From: Phycisphaeraceae bacterium
GTDB lineage: Bacteria > Planctomycetota > Phycisphaerae > Phycisphaerales > Phycisphaeraceae
Length of the DNA stretch: 64,000 nucleotides
NCBI GenBank assembly: GCA_963674705.1
Contig: OY771506.1
Span: 4,704,001 to 4,768,000, forward strand
Reading direction: 5' to 3'
The notes under the pieces are model-generated. The model was not told the origin of the DNA. It did no database searches and saw only the letters and a list, made by a program, of their open reading frames with translations. Below are positions 38,222-49,086 of the stretch, piece by piece. The position numbers and the translations under genes are program-made. The stretch's first letter is position 1. Each line of letters starts with the position of its first letter.

Positions 38222-40201
38222 ATGAGTAACTGGACATCACGAGCCGAGTTGATCCGCGCTATAGTGTTGATCGCCGTGACGGTGGTTGCATTCCTGCCGG
38301 CGGTGCGGGCGGGATACATCTGGGATGATGATGACCACGTTTATAACAATCCTACGCTCCGCTCGGTCGAGGGGCTTGGACGGATCTGGACCGAGATCGG
38401 TGCGACGCCGCAGTACTACCCGCTGACGCACACGACATTCTGGCTGGAGTATAGACTTTGGGGTGATGCACCGGCTGGGTATCACATCAATAACATTCTG
38501 CTGCACGTAATCGTTTCACTTTTGCTTTGGCGCGTGCTGGTTTTATTGAATGTTCCCGGGGCGTGGTTGGCGGCGGCTGTGTTTGCGGTGCATCCGATGC
38601 AGGCTGAGTCGGTTGCATGGATCACAGAGCGAAAGAACATGTTGTCGGGGGTGTTTTACATAGCATCGGCGTGGGCGTTTCTTCGTTGGGTATTGCCGCG
38701 TGTGGATCAGCCTGATAAACCCCGGGCAGGCGGTTTATACGTACTAGCGCTGCTTTTATACCTGTTTGCATTGACGAGCAAGACGATCACTTGCACTTTG
38801 CCGGCCGCGTTGCTTGTCGTACTTTGGTGGAAGCATGGGAAGCTTGCCCGGCGGGAAGTGCTGGCGGTGTTGCCTATGTTTATGCTTGGGTTGGGCTTTG
38901 CCATTGTGACGGTGCTGATGGAACAGCACGTGGTCGGCGCGAAAGGCGGCGAGTGGGAGTATTCGCTGGTCGAACGCGGGCTTATCGCGGGACGTGCGTT
39001 GTGGTTTTATCCGATGAAGTTTGTCTGGCCGTGGCCTTTGATTTTTATCTACCCCAAATGGCCGGTTGAATCCGGGGCTGTGTGGCAGTACTTACTTCCA
39101 ATCGCGGCGATGGTAACTTTCATCACACTCTGGTTACTAAGACGAAGGATCGGTCGGGGGCCTGCAGCGGTAGCGGCATTTTATGCGATCACGATCTCGC
39201 CGGCGTTGGGTTTCTTTAACGTGTACCCGATGCTGTTTTCGTTCGTGGCAGACCACTTCAGTTACCTGGCGTGCATCAGCCTGGCAGTGGGATTGGTCGG
39301 CGGCGGGTCGGTGTTGGCTCAACGGCTGAAAATGGTGAGGCCGGCAAGTGTTTTGGCGCTGTTGGTTGTGGGTGTCTGTAGTGTTTTTTCCGCGCAGCGA
39401 TGCCTTGCGTTGCATGACGCCGAGACACTCTGGCATGACACATTGGCGAAGAATCCCAGTGCGTGGATGGCGCATAACAACCTGGGGTTGATTCATATGA
39501 ACCGTGGGGAATACGACCTGGCTCGGGAGCACTTCCAGCAGGTTTTGGATTTGAGGCCAAACGCGGTGCGTGCGATGAACAACCTGGGCAGCCTTTCGCT
39601 TATGGCAGGTCATATCGAACAAGCCCAGGATTACTTCGAGCAGACGGTCAAGCTTGAGCCGGACTTCGTCGGAGCCAGGCTCAACTTGTCTAAGACACTA
39701 TTGAGCTTAGGTCAAGCGCAGCCGGCATCAGAAAACTACCTGCATGCCTTGGAAGTTGATCCGATGGTGGCTGTAATTGAAGAACAGCTCGCCTTGATTT
39801 TACTGAACACACTTAATGGTCCTGATGCCGACGAGTTTTTCAATCGTGCGATCATAGCCCGGCCTGACTGGGTTATGCTTATCAACGAAATGGCGTGGCT
39901 GCTGGCAACGGATGATACAAGTAACAGTCAAAACATAATACGTGCTCTAAAACTCGCCGCACAAGCCGCCGACCTGAGCGGTTATACCGATCCGAATATT
40001 CTGGATACACTTGCAGCAGCTTATGCGGCAAACGGCGAATACGCAGAAGCCATCGCAAATGCCCAGAAGGCTAAGGATTTGGCGGAAACTAACGGCGACT
40101 CTGAATTGTCGAAGGAAGTCTCTCGTCGCCTCAACTCATACCAACAACTTCTGAACAATCCGCCGCATCCTTCCCATATCACACCATCAACGGATAACTG
40201 A
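38222..40201 (+). CDS. TMTC-like GT-C membrane glycosyltransferase with C-terminal TPRs
   Basis: YIWDDD, YYPLT, FAVHPMQAESVAWITERK, ADHFSYL, LWHDTL..NP; TPR repeats. Confidence 0.85.
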   Translation: MSNWTSRAELIRAIVLIAVTVVAFLPAVRAGYIWDDDDHVYNNPTLRSVEGLGRIWTEIGATPQYYPLTHTTFWLEYRLWGDAPAGYHINNILLHVIVSLLLWRVLVLLNVPGAWLAAAVFAVHPMQAESVAWITERKNMLSGVFYIASAWAFLRWVLPRVDQPDKPRAGGLYVLALLLYLFALTSKTITCTLPAALLVVLWWKHGKLARREVLAVLPMFMLGLGFAIVTVLMEQHVVGAKGGEWEYSLVERGLIAGRALWFYPMKFVWPWPLIFIYPKWPVESGAVWQYLLPIAAMVTFITLWLLRRRIGRGPAAVAAFYAITISPALGFFNVYPMLFSFVADHFSYLACISLAVGLVGGGSVLAQRLKMVRPASVLALLVVGVCSVFSAQRCLALHDAETLWHDTLAKNPSAWMAHNNLGLIHMNRGEYDLAREHFQQVLDLRPNAVRAMNNLGSLSLMAGHIEQAQDYFEQTVKLEPDFVGARLNLSKTLLSLGQAQPASENYLHALEVDPMVAVIEEQLALILLNTLNGPDADEFFNRAIIARPDWVMLINEMAWLLATDDTSNSQNIIRALKLAAQAADLSGYTDPNILDTLAAAYAANGEYAEAIANAQKAKDLAETNGDSELSKEVSRRLNSYQQLLNNPPHPSHITPSTDN

Positions 40202-40285
40202 AGAATAATTCAACATTCGCCATGACATAGCTTAATCTGTGGTTGCACGCAAATATTCGGCATGTCCCGCTGGGATTCGGATTCA

Positions 40286-42793
40286 TCATCCCCTTGAACG
40301 TGCAAGGCATGGTTTTTCATCATCAAGTATACGGTATGTCAAGACTTTCAACTGATCTTCGAAGACAAACCATACCAGCGCGTATCCCCAGACCAATAGC
40401 GCTAATCGCCAACCCAATGCCGGCATGAAGAGGCCATAGACCGCAATCAGCGTTGCAATGATCTGGGTCCCCACAACTGCCGCCACTAGAAGCATTGACG
40501 GCCGGTCGGCCCAGAATCGTTTCGAGGTGCGTGCCAGGAAGATTGTCAAGTGGCCCGCCACGGATAACTTCAAGTACATCAGCGTCTGGATGGTGTCATG
40601 ATTCAGCGTCAATACACGCTCGCCGATGTAGAACATGCCAAACGATTCGATGACGCCGACGACTCCGAGCACGGTCGCGATCCCCAGAACGCGGCGCATA
40701 TTCCACGCCTCCGGCATCGAAGAGCCTTGGGCGCGGTCGTAGGCAATCGACAGGATTGCGCCATCGTTCAGTAACGCAAGAAGCACGATCATGACGGCAG
40801 TCACAGGATAGAAGTCAAAGACGAGGATCGACAGAGTCATGAACAATAACACGCGGATCGTTTCAGAGATCCGGTAGATCGCGTAGCTGTTCATACGCTG
40901 GAAGATCTTGCGGGCTTCCTGGATGGCATCAATGATGACAGACAATCCCGGGCTTAAAAGAACGATGTCGGCGGCCGATCGTGCCGCATCGGTCGCGCCT
41001 GAGACCGCAACACCCGCGTCCGCCTTTTTCAAGGCTGGTGCATCGTTCACACCGTCTCCGGTCATCCCGACGATATGTCCACGCTGTTGAAGCACATCGA
41101 CGATGTGGTACTTATGCTCGGGCCAGACTTCTGCGAACCCGTCCGCATGTTCTATCGCATCAGACAACTGCCCGGCTTCGTGATGAGCCGTGTTCGCAAA
41201 ACTCTGGGCATTAACGATATTGGTGCCCAGCCCAAGCTGTTCCGCCACCTCACGTGCGATAGCTTGCTGATCACCGGTAACCATCTTCAGCTTCACACCC
41301 ATTGCGCGTGCAGCATCTATGGTTGATTTTGAATCTTCTCGAGGTGGATCGAATAAGGGCAGCACACCTAGGAACCGCCACCGTCCATCTTCATCGGCCC
41401 GGGCCACGCCCAATGACCGGTAACCGCGCCCGGCAAAGTCATTGATCGCGTCCTCGGCCTCCTGCTTGACCTGCCCATCTACTTTGGCCAAGGATAAAAT
41501 AACTTGCGGCGCTCCTTTAGATACGCGGAATGTATCACGGCCCTGTGCTTGGACAGTCGCTTCGGTTCTTTTTGATTCCGGATCGAAGGGTTTATAGTGA
41601 TTGACGTGGTAGCCACGGAGCTTGTCCGCATGATCGATTGCCTTGAGCACGGTCAGGTCGATCGGGTCCTGGTCTTCTTCACGTGACGCCAAAGCGGCCG
41701 CGAGCAGAACATCATCTTTGGTAGTTGTCCCGACGAGGTAAGGTTCACCAAGATTGAGCTGGTTCTTTGTCAGGGTGCCGGTCTTGTCGGAACAGAGCAC
41801 ATCGATACCGGCCATCTCTTCGATCGCAGCCAGCCTGCGGACGACGGCTTCTTTTTTCGATAATAACCGGGCGCCTACCGCCATCGTCACCGAGAGGACG
41901 GTTGGCATCGCAACCGGGATCGCTGCAACGGTTAACACCAATGAGAACCGCAGCAATGTGACTAAATGGTCCCAACTCTTGAAGTACACCGGTCCATGCC
42001 TGAATAACTCTGAAAGAATAATCAGACTGATCATCGCCGCTGCGAGAACTATCAGGAAGTCACCGACCTTGAGCACCGCCTTCTGGAAGTGACTAACTGT
42101 TTGTGCCTCTTGGACCAGACTGGCAGTCTTTCCATAATACGTAGCCGATCCTGTCGCAGACACGACAGCATCGCTTTCCCCCCTCTTGATGATTGATCCG
42201 GAATAGACGGTCTGACCTTTGGTACGTTCGATGGGCAATGACTCGCCGGTTAACGCCGACTGATCGATCTGCATGGTATCTGCTTCAAGCAGCACAGCAT
42301 CTGCGGGAACAATATCGCCAAGACGCAGACGTAATAAATCACCGGGTACTATCCTGTCGGCCGCGATCTTTTCCCATACACCGCCCCGCATCACTCGTGC
42401 ATATAAGGCCAACCTTTTTTTCAGCGCTTCGATGGCTGTATCCGCGTGATACTCTTCCCAGAATCCGACAACCGCATTGAGCACCAGTAAGGCCGTAATG
42501 ATCCCAAAGTCTTCCCAGTGCTGAACGACCGCGGAGAGAATAGCCGCGGCCTCTATCATCCACGGTATCGGTCCCCAGAAGTATGAAAGAAGCTTGCGCC
42601 ACGCGCTAGGGCCGACAATCTCGATCGTATTAAGCCCGTACTGATCCAAGCGTTGTTTCGCCTGCTGATCTGTCAGACCGTCGCGCGTGACATCAAGCTT
42701 CCGGAGTAGATCTTCAATGGACGGATCGGCCGTGGTTCCGGCGGTCCCGTCCGAATGTGTGTTTGCTGATGTTTGTGACATTGTCGCAATCAT
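40286..42793 (-). CDS. P3A-type proton-efflux P-type ATPase
   Basis: FWGPIPWMIE, DQSALTGES, IPVAMPTVLSVTMA, CSDKTGTLT, DPPREDS, GDGVNDAPALKKAD, LLNDG. Confidence 0.93.
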   Translation of the reverse strand: MIATMSQTSANTHSDGTAGTTADPSIEDLLRKLDVTRDGLTDQQAKQRLDQYGLNTIEIVGPSAWRKLLSYFWGPIPWMIEAAAILSAVVQHWEDFGIITALLVLNAVVGFWEEYHADTAIEALKKRLALYARVMRGGVWEKIAADRIVPGDLLRLRLGDIVPADAVLLEADTMQIDQSALTGESLPIERTKGQTVYSGSIIKRGESDAVVSATGSATYYGKTASLVQEAQTVSHFQKAVLKVGDFLIVLAAAMISLIILSELFRHGPVYFKSWDHLVTLLRFSLVLTVAAIPVAMPTVLSVTMAVGARLLSKKEAVVRRLAAIEEMAGIDVLCSDKTGTLTKNQLNLGEPYLVGTTTKDDVLLAAALASREEDQDPIDLTVLKAIDHADKLRGYHVNHYKPFDPESKRTEATVQAQGRDTFRVSKGAPQVILSLAKVDGQVKQEAEDAINDFAGRGYRSLGVARADEDGRWRFLGVLPLFDPPREDSKSTIDAARAMGVKLKMVTGDQQAIAREVAEQLGLGTNIVNAQSFANTAHHEAGQLSDAIEHADGFAEVWPEHKYHIVDVLQQRGHIVGMTGDGVNDAPALKKADAGVAVSGATDAARSAADIVLLSPGLSVIIDAIQEARKIFQRMNSYAIYRISETIRVLLFMTLSILVFDFYPVTAVMIVLLALLNDGAILSIAYDRAQGSSMPEAWNMRRVLGIATVLGVVGVIESFGMFYIGERVLTLNHDTIQTLMYLKLSVAGHLTIFLARTSKRFWADRPSMLLVAAVVGTQIIATLIAVYGLFMPALGWRLALLVWGYALVWFVFEDQLKVLTYRILDDEKPCLARSRG

Positions 42794-42864
42794 TTTGATC
42801 GCTCCCGATCAGAGCAAAGTCAGATTAAACAAGGCCAATTTGACCTGCGGATAAGGAATCATGC

Positions 42865-43407
42865 TTAGTTCAACTGGTAGTGTTCAAGCGTCGCTAGTGC
42901 GTGGTATGCCGCGAACGGAACAGACAATACCGGCTCGTGATCGTCAAGTGCATCCAGCACCTCCTGGATGGGCGGCGGCGCACCACGTTCGACCCAGTTA
43001 CGCAACACGTAATGTGCTCCTGTGCGTAGCGTTTCACACTCGGCGTTCTGCTTAAGCGCTTTTAGCAAAGGATTGACAGCGGCATTAGGCATCGCCGCCA
43101 GCGCCTTGGCCGCAACCCAACGTACATCTGATTCAGGATCCTCTAGTGCCAGGGTCAGGGCCTGCGCCGACGCGGGATCTGACAGTTGCTCAAGGGCCTT
43201 GGCGGCTTCCCATCGGAGTTTCGGTGAGTCGCTCATAAGCGCCTCGATTAAAGGCTCGGTGACGGCACGGCCGATCGCAACCAGTTCCTTACGTGCATGT
43301 TTGCGTTTCAAGCCGTGTCCATCGCGCATCACCTCAAGCAGGTCTCGGATCTTTTGCGAGCGTCTCTCATCCGCTTCGGGTTGAATCGCAGTGGTTCGGT
43401 GTAACAT
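42865..43407 (-). CDS. HEAT-repeat protein
   Basis: LIEAL...RWEAAKAL; LEDPESDVRWVAAKAL. Confidence 0.8.
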   Translation of the reverse strand: MLHRTTAIQPEADERRSQKIRDLLEVMRDGHGLKRKHARKELVAIGRAVTEPLIEALMSDSPKLRWEAAKALEQLSDPASAQALTLALEDPESDVRWVAAKALAAMPNAAVNPLLKALKQNAECETLRTGAHYVLRNWVERGAPPPIQEVLDALDDHEPVLSVPFAAYHALATLEHYQLN

Positions 43408-43493
43408 GATTCTCTCCTTTCCCAGGAGTGTTAAAGTGGAACTTGGTCGTGGCCGTGCACGTCATCCGGGCTACATTCAATACGTGAATTCGC

Positions 43494-45017
43494 TTAGGGT
43501 TCCATGTATAGACTTGCCAACGCTGCTGCTTTTTGAGCATCCGCATGAGTCAGGTTCGGTGTGGAGATGTACCACGCCGTCCAGTCATACGGGGCGTCAC
43601 CCACCTGGATCAGGTTGTCCACGGACCAGATACCATCTGTGTAGAACGCGACCCACTGTGCTGCGTTACGTTCGTACCAATGGTTCACCTTGCCGGTGAG
43701 GGTCGCCTTTCCGTCTTCAACTTTCACATGGATCGCATCGGCGCTCCACCGTGTTTCATCATTGTTGGCAAGCCGATCTTCAATACGCTGTTCGAGAGAC
43801 GCGTTGCTGAACTCCGGTGCATAATTGAGCGAGATTTCATTGGTCAGATCCCGCACGCCGGGGATACCCGCCACGAGATCTGTAGCGTGCTGGCGCTCAT
43901 ACATGGTGTCGACCATACCCGTCAGCGTGACCTTGCCATCCTTGACATGGAACTTGACCGATTGCGGATCGATCAGGTAGTCGCTATCGATCTGCGACCT
44001 GATATCTCTCTGGATAGCGTCATCCGATCGATGAACCACGTGTACGGTCAGCAGGTTGGTTACCCATCCCACGCCAACCACATCACCGGCATCCTTCGCC
44101 GCGATTATCTTCTGATCATACGTGGGTACGGTGCCATACAGCGTGATGTGGCCTTCAGAAGCTTCGACCGTGATGTCGTACGGGTCCAACCTCAGGTCTT
44201 CATTCAACTCAGCCAGCACCGAACTCTGAAGCTCGCTCTCGCTGGGTAGCGGCGTCATCTTCCGCACACCCTGATCGTCCAGCCATACCACCGTTAACTG
44301 GTTGTCCACATCAATCACATTCGACACCCACCGGGTATCTTCGGCAGCCCGATCTTTTTCTTGCAGGTTGCCTACCGTACCGGTGAGTTTGACAATCCCA
44401 TTGTGCACAGTAACAGATACCGGCAGACCGGTCAGATAAACATCCCGATGCAGCGCCGCATTGACATCATTGGCGATCTCACTGTCAGAACGCTGCATGC
44501 TATATGTCACCTTCAGCTTATTGATGACTTCCTTAACGCCGCGCACCTCACTGGCCAGCAGATCAGCCTGCTGGTGCTCAGACCAAGACTTGACCTTGCC
44601 CTCAAGTGTCACGACGCCGTCCTTCACATACACAGACAATCCTTGTGATTCAATCGCACTGCTGTCGATCAGACGCTGTCGGACATCCGTGGCGATATCC
44701 ATGTCGTAACGGAAGTCCGGCATGACGGTCAGTTCATCAACCACACCGCGGACGCCATTGACTTTCTTGGCTTCGAGCACCGCGTATTTTCGCGCCGCCA
44801 GATCGGGTACGCTACCCGTGAGCGTCACAATGCCGTCTACCGTGCTCGTATGGACCTCGGGCTCGGTCACACGCTGATCTTCGCGTAATGCCAGTTTTAC
44901 CCAGGACGTAATCGATGCATCATCTGGCCGCACCGCAGCCCATGTCGCCGCGGGTGACGCTACGACTGTAGCCGCCAGCACCAACGACATAATTTGTTGT
45001 TTCGTTTTGCCGTTCAT
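43494..45017 (-). CDS. Secreted multi-BON domain protein (about 6 repeats)
   Basis: Signal peptide; repeated DGxVTLxGxV...GVxxVxNxL. Confidence 0.9.
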   Translation of the reverse strand: MNGKTKQQIMSLVLAATVVASPAATWAAVRPDDASITSWVKLALREDQRVTEPEVHTSTVDGIVTLTGSVPDLAARKYAVLEAKKVNGVRGVVDELTVMPDFRYDMDIATDVRQRLIDSSAIESQGLSVYVKDGVVTLEGKVKSWSEHQQADLLASEVRGVKEVINKLKVTYSMQRSDSEIANDVNAALHRDVYLTGLPVSVTVHNGIVKLTGTVGNLQEKDRAAEDTRWVSNVIDVDNQLTVVWLDDQGVRKMTPLPSESELQSSVLAELNEDLRLDPYDITVEASEGHITLYGTVPTYDQKIIAAKDAGDVVGVGWVTNLLTVHVVHRSDDAIQRDIRSQIDSDYLIDPQSVKFHVKDGKVTLTGMVDTMYERQHATDLVAGIPGVRDLTNEISLNYAPEFSNASLEQRIEDRLANNDETRWSADAIHVKVEDGKATLTGKVNHWYERNAAQWVAFYTDGIWSVDNLIQVGDAPYDWTAWYISTPNLTHADAQKAAALASLYMEP

Positions 45018-45080
45018 CTTTCATTCCTTTCATGAACTCAAATCACACTCCGTGTGATTGTTATTTGTGTCGTTTCAAAA

Positions 45081-45135
45081 TATGCGTGGTTTTGGTGGTG
45101 CCTGTTGGTTACAAGCACCACCAGAGACACGCATA
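45081..45135. other. Long imperfect hairpin upstream of the BON gene
   Basis: TATGCGTG..TGGTGGTGC / GCACCACCA..CACGCATA. Confidence 0.55.
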
Positions 45136-45384
45136 ATCAACAAAATGCCTCATTCATCTGAATCGGGAGCGGTTTTGCGATCACGGCGGCCGAGGTAATC
45201 CGTTGCCTCGGCTCGGCCGTGGTCTTTTCCTTGAATGTGTGATTGTGGCGGGTGACATAAGAAACTCCTTGGTATTTGCCTTCGCGTCCTCAATCTCGGA
45301 CCGCCCGGGATTGAAGACACGAGATACTTCGCTTCATGTAACCGAGAGCCACACTCGCCATCGCGAACAAGTCGACAATCAGTC

Positions 45385-45945
45385 TCATGCTTCGCCATTG
45401 CCGGCCTTCTTGTTACTTGCATGGCCCGCTTGCTGATTTTCTTGGAAACCTTTAGCGGTTAAAGATGCAACCATCTCAAGCAGGTCCTGCATCTCAAATG
45501 GCTTGTCCAATGTTGCCGCGGCTCCCAGCTCAGCGGCGCGCTCATGTGTGCTTGCGTCACCGAATGCGGTAATAAATACGAACGGCGGCACATGGCAGTC
45601 GCAGTAGCGCATCCCTTCAAGTGCCTCTATGCCACTGATGCCGGGCATCCGTATGTCTGATATCACCAGGTCGAAGTTTTGCGGTGCCCCCGAAGAATCC
45701 ATAAAAAACTCCAGCATGTGCAGGATATCCGGTGACCGCTCAACGTCGTAGCCTTCAAGCTCCAGCATGTGAGCGATCATTTCGCGCATCTCGCCGTCAT
45801 CTTCAACGACAAGAACACGCGCCGTTCGCCCGGGTCGATGTACAGGTGCCTCAGTATGGGGTTGTGTCTTAGGCTGTTTGACGTCCCGGGCGGGCGGCGT
45901 GCTTCGTACAGTATTGAAACTTTCTGCCATCATGGTATTACTCAC
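45385..45945 (-). CDS. Single-domain response regulator
   Basis: VLVVEDD, DLVISDIRMPG, ITAFG, LDKPF. Confidence 0.88.
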   Translation of the reverse strand: MSNTMMAESFNTVRSTPPARDVKQPKTQPHTEAPVHRPGRTARVLVVEDDGEMREMIAHMLELEGYDVERSPDILHMLEFFMDSSGAPQNFDLVISDIRMPGISGIEALEGMRYCDCHVPPFVFITAFGDASTHERAAELGAAATLDKPFEMQDLLEMVASLTAKGFQENQQAGHASNKKAGNGEA

Positions 45946-45990
45946 TTATGAGCCTTTTGAACACATCGTTTGGCTCACAGGTGTTATCAA

Positions 45991-46007
45991 TGCAAAAGCA
46001 ATACCAG
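45991..46007 (-). promoter_or_regulatory. Sigma54 promoter
   Basis: CTGGTATTGCTTTTGCA (GG-N10-GC) upstream of the receiver/BON/HEAT/ATPase genes. Confidence 0.7.
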
Positions 46008-46264
46008 AACGGTCGATCGTGAGGTGAATTATCCGGAATTCTCAGCCCCATCCGGAATAGCGTTCAAGAAAGCGGCTTTTCATATCAAGAATTAATGCAT
46101 CGATAATTTCCACCTCCATTTTAAAGGAGGTCCTCGCAATAGATGCCATATCGAGTCGCGCTGCGTTTTGTCACGCTGTGGCATTATGCCCCTGATGAAC
46201 ATACGCTTTTAAATAGAAGTGGTAGCATCCGCGAGGATCCATCATCAGACCCGGCTATATTTTA

Positions 46265-47620
46265 TTACTCGCTATCCTGTTGCAGCTTGCGATAAAGTGT
46301 TTTGCGGTCCATCCCGAGGATCCGTGCGGCGGTGGTCTTGTTCTCTCCCACCGCTTTCATCACATGACTGATATACCGGCGTTCAACTTCCTCCATCGAT
46401 ACCAGCTCCGCCGGGTCCTGGCTGCCCAGGATGATCTGCGAACTCTTGTAGGCACGGATTCGCTGGGGGAGATCTTCAACGATTAGTTCCTCGAAACCCG
46501 TCAAGGCCACCGCGTGCTCAATAGCGTTTCGCAACTCACGCACATTACCCGGCCAGGCATAGTCCGTCAGCTTCTCTGCCACTGCACGCGACATCCCCGT
46601 TACAGACTTACCCGAACCCTCGGCAAACTGTTCGATATAGTGCTGCGCTAATAACAACACATCACTGCCCCTCGCTCGCAGCGGTGGCAGATTGATCTGG
46701 ATCACATTGATCCGGAAGTAAAGGTCTTCGCGGAAACGCCCTTCTTCCACCGCCGTCTCTAGATCTCGGTTCGTGGCACACACCACACGCACATCGAAAG
46801 GCTCTTCTTTATTCGCACCGACCGGCCTCACCCGACGCTCCTCAAGGGCTCGCAGTAACTTCGATTGCAGAGCAGATGGCATATCTCCTATCTCGTCGAA
46901 AAACAGCGTCCCCCCGTCGGCCTCAAAGATAAGCCCCTTGCGCGCCTGCGCGGCATCCGTAAACGCACCTCGCGTATGACCGAACAACTCACTCTCCAAC
47001 AGATTGTCCGGCAAGGCGGCGCAGTTCAACGCCACAAATGGTTTATCCTTTCGCCGGCTACGTCGGTGCAGCGCCCTCGCCACCAACTCCTTGCCCGTCC
47101 CGCTCTCGCCACGGATCAAAACCGATGTCTCAGAGTCTGCTATTCGGCTCAGACGCCCGTACATATCTTTCATGGCGGGGCTGTTCCCGAGTATCTCCTC
47201 AAATCGGCCGACATCCTGGACCGCCTCGCTCAGGCGTTTAACTTTTTCCTGTAACGATCTGTGCTCGATCGCACGTTGCAGTGTCAGCGCCAGCATCTCC
47301 ATCTCAACCGGCTTGGTAACAAAGTCATACGCACCCGCCCGGATCGCGGCCACCGCACTATCCAGATTGCCGAATGCTGTCATGACCACAACGGGTACAT
47401 CAGGATGGTTCTCGCTGATGCGCGTACACAGATCGATCCCATCCATCCCGGGCATGCGTAGGTCGGTCAATACCACGTCATATGTATCCACCTTGATTGC
47501 CTCAAACGCATCCGCAGCGCTTGTGTGCCAGGAAACATCCAGACCCCGACGCGTCAGGTCCGCTTCCATTAACTCACACATATCTTGATCATCGTCCGCA
47601 ATCAGAACACGTCCGCTCAT
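46265..47620 (-). CDS. Sigma54-dependent (NtrC-family) response regulator
   Basis: Receiver domain, GESGTGKE, GAFTDA, WPGNVREL, Fis HTH; start coupled to the kinase stop. Confidence 0.93.
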   Translation of the reverse strand: MSGRVLIADDDQDMCELMEADLTRRGLDVSWHTSAADAFEAIKVDTYDVVLTDLRMPGMDGIDLCTRISENHPDVPVVVMTAFGNLDSAVAAIRAGAYDFVTKPVEMEMLALTLQRAIEHRSLQEKVKRLSEAVQDVGRFEEILGNSPAMKDMYGRLSRIADSETSVLIRGESGTGKELVARALHRRSRRKDKPFVALNCAALPDNLLESELFGHTRGAFTDAAQARKGLIFEADGGTLFFDEIGDMPSALQSKLLRALEERRVRPVGANKEEPFDVRVVCATNRDLETAVEEGRFREDLYFRINVIQINLPPLRARGSDVLLLAQHYIEQFAEGSGKSVTGMSRAVAEKLTDYAWPGNVRELRNAIEHAVALTGFEELIVEDLPQRIRAYKSSQIILGSQDPAELVSMEEVERRYISHVMKAVGENKTTAARILGMDRKTLYRKLQQDSE

Positions 47621-49086
47621 GACATTCCCTCGCTGGGCAGATAGACCGAGAAACGGCTGCCCTCGCCGGGCACACTCGATACGTCGATCCATCCGCCGTG
47701 CTCTCTTACAATACCGTATGCAATCGACAGCCCCAACCCCGTGCCTTCACCGACATCTTTTGTCGTAAAAAATGGCTCGAAAACATGTTTCAAATCATCG
47801 TCGCTGATGCCCTGTCCGATGTCGGCAACTGAAATACATACGTACGACCCCGCATCCGCCTCCACACCCTCAGGGGGGATGCCGTGAACCTCTTCAAGGC
47901 CGACGTTCACACGGCCGCCTCGCGGCATCGCCTGGATAGCGTTCATAATCAGATTGGTTATCACCTGATTCAACTGCCCCGCATCGCCACGGGCAAATAA
48001 AGCACCCCCCCCCCCCTCTAGGACGAGTTCCACATTCTCCCGACGGCCTAAAGGCTGCAACAGACTGACCGCCTGGCCCGCGACCTCGGTCATATCAACC
48101 GACTGTTTCTTGACGCTTTGGTTGCGTGCAAAGTCCAGCAGTTGCCTTATGATCTGTGTCATCCTGTCCGCCTGGGACTTGATGATCGTTGCATATTTAA
48201 CCGTCTCATCATTTGATAAATCACCTCTGGCGACCATACCGGCTCGGCCGGAAACTACGTTCAAAGGCGTGCCCAACTCATGCGCGATCCCCGAAGCCAA
48301 CCGCCCAACCGTCGTCAAACGATCGGCATGCCGCAACTGCTCCATCGCATTCAATCGCGCGTCCGCCTCGTCTGCCGCTTTGCGTTGTGCCGCTCCAAGA
48401 TTGACACACATATCGTTCATCACCCCAGCAAGCTCGGTCAATTCATCATGCCCCCGCAACACAACCGGGCCTGTCAAATCACCATCTCCGATCCGCCGTG
48501 CCTTGTATATCAATCGATTCAGCGGCCGACCTATCGACACCAATCCTAGCAACATCGCTACAGCGCCACCGATGAGGATCATCGCCACCGTTATTAATAG
48601 CACGCGCACCACGACGTGCTGGGTATAGACCGACAACCATGTCGCCGATTCCACCAGCTCCAGCACACCGATTCGTTCTGCTTCAATCGCAACCGGAACA
48701 TACATCCGCTGCTGCTTTAATGTATCTGATGAAGTGTCCGGCAAATTAATGATCTGACCATTGCGCAACACGGCTAATTGATCTGCGGTCAGCTTGCTGG
48801 AATGCTCCGTATCGCTCTTGCCTTCAGGCAACCAGACCCACTTCGCGTAGATCGTGCTCTTCTTATCATTCAAATCTGCTAGTTTCTTCACGACCCCGTC
48901 ATCGCCTTCATGTTTCCACATATCCAACAGCGTCGGGCGCAGGTAATCGCTCAGAAGAGCCATATCCTCCTGGATATCGGCCGCATGTAGCCTGCGCATC
49001 CATTGAACAGAAAGATACGCATCTACCGCAAGCAATAGAATAAGCAGGACGATAACCACGGTGACTAGCTTGGCGGCAAGTTTCAT
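47617..49086 (-). CDS. Membrane sensor histidine kinase (HAMP, HisKA, HATPase)
   Basis: IAHELGTPL, NLIMNAIQA, DIGQGI, PFFTTK..GEGTGLGL. Confidence 0.93.
   Translation of the reverse strand: MKLAAKLVTVVIVLLILLLAVDAYLSVQWMRRLHAADIQEDMALLSDYLRPTLLDMWKHEGDDGVVKKLADLNDKKSTIYAKWVWLPEGKSDTEHSSKLTADQLAVLRNGQIINLPDTSSDTLKQQRMYVPVAIEAERIGVLELVESATWLSVYTQHVVVRVLLITVAMILIGGAVAMLLGLVSIGRPLNRLIYKARRIGDGDLTGPVVLRGHDELTELAGVMNDMCVNLGAAQRKAADEADARLNAMEQLRHADRLTTVGRLASGIAHELGTPLNVVSGRAGMVARGDLSNDETVKYATIIKSQADRMTQIIRQLLDFARNQSVKKQSVDMTEVAGQAVSLLQPLGRRENVELVLEGGGGALFARGDAGQLNQVITNLIMNAIQAMPRGGRVNVGLEEVHGIPPEGVEADAGSYVCISVADIGQGISDDDLKHVFEPFFTTKDVGEGTGLGLSIAYGIVREHGGWIDVSSVPGEGSRFSVYLPSEGMS
48005..48016. repeat. 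C12/G12 homopolymer inside the kinase gene
   Basis: 12 consecutive C on the + strand, currently in frame (LEGGGGAL). Confidence 0.9.

Noticed and set aside
43533..44249. Long antisense ORFs (this one, 6682-7230, 47004-47588, 48110-48628 and similar)
   Set aside because: Shadow or alternative frames of well-supported genes.
45150..45422. 90-aa ORF between the receiver and BON genes
   Set aside because: No recognisable motif or clear RBS, and it overlaps the upstream gene.
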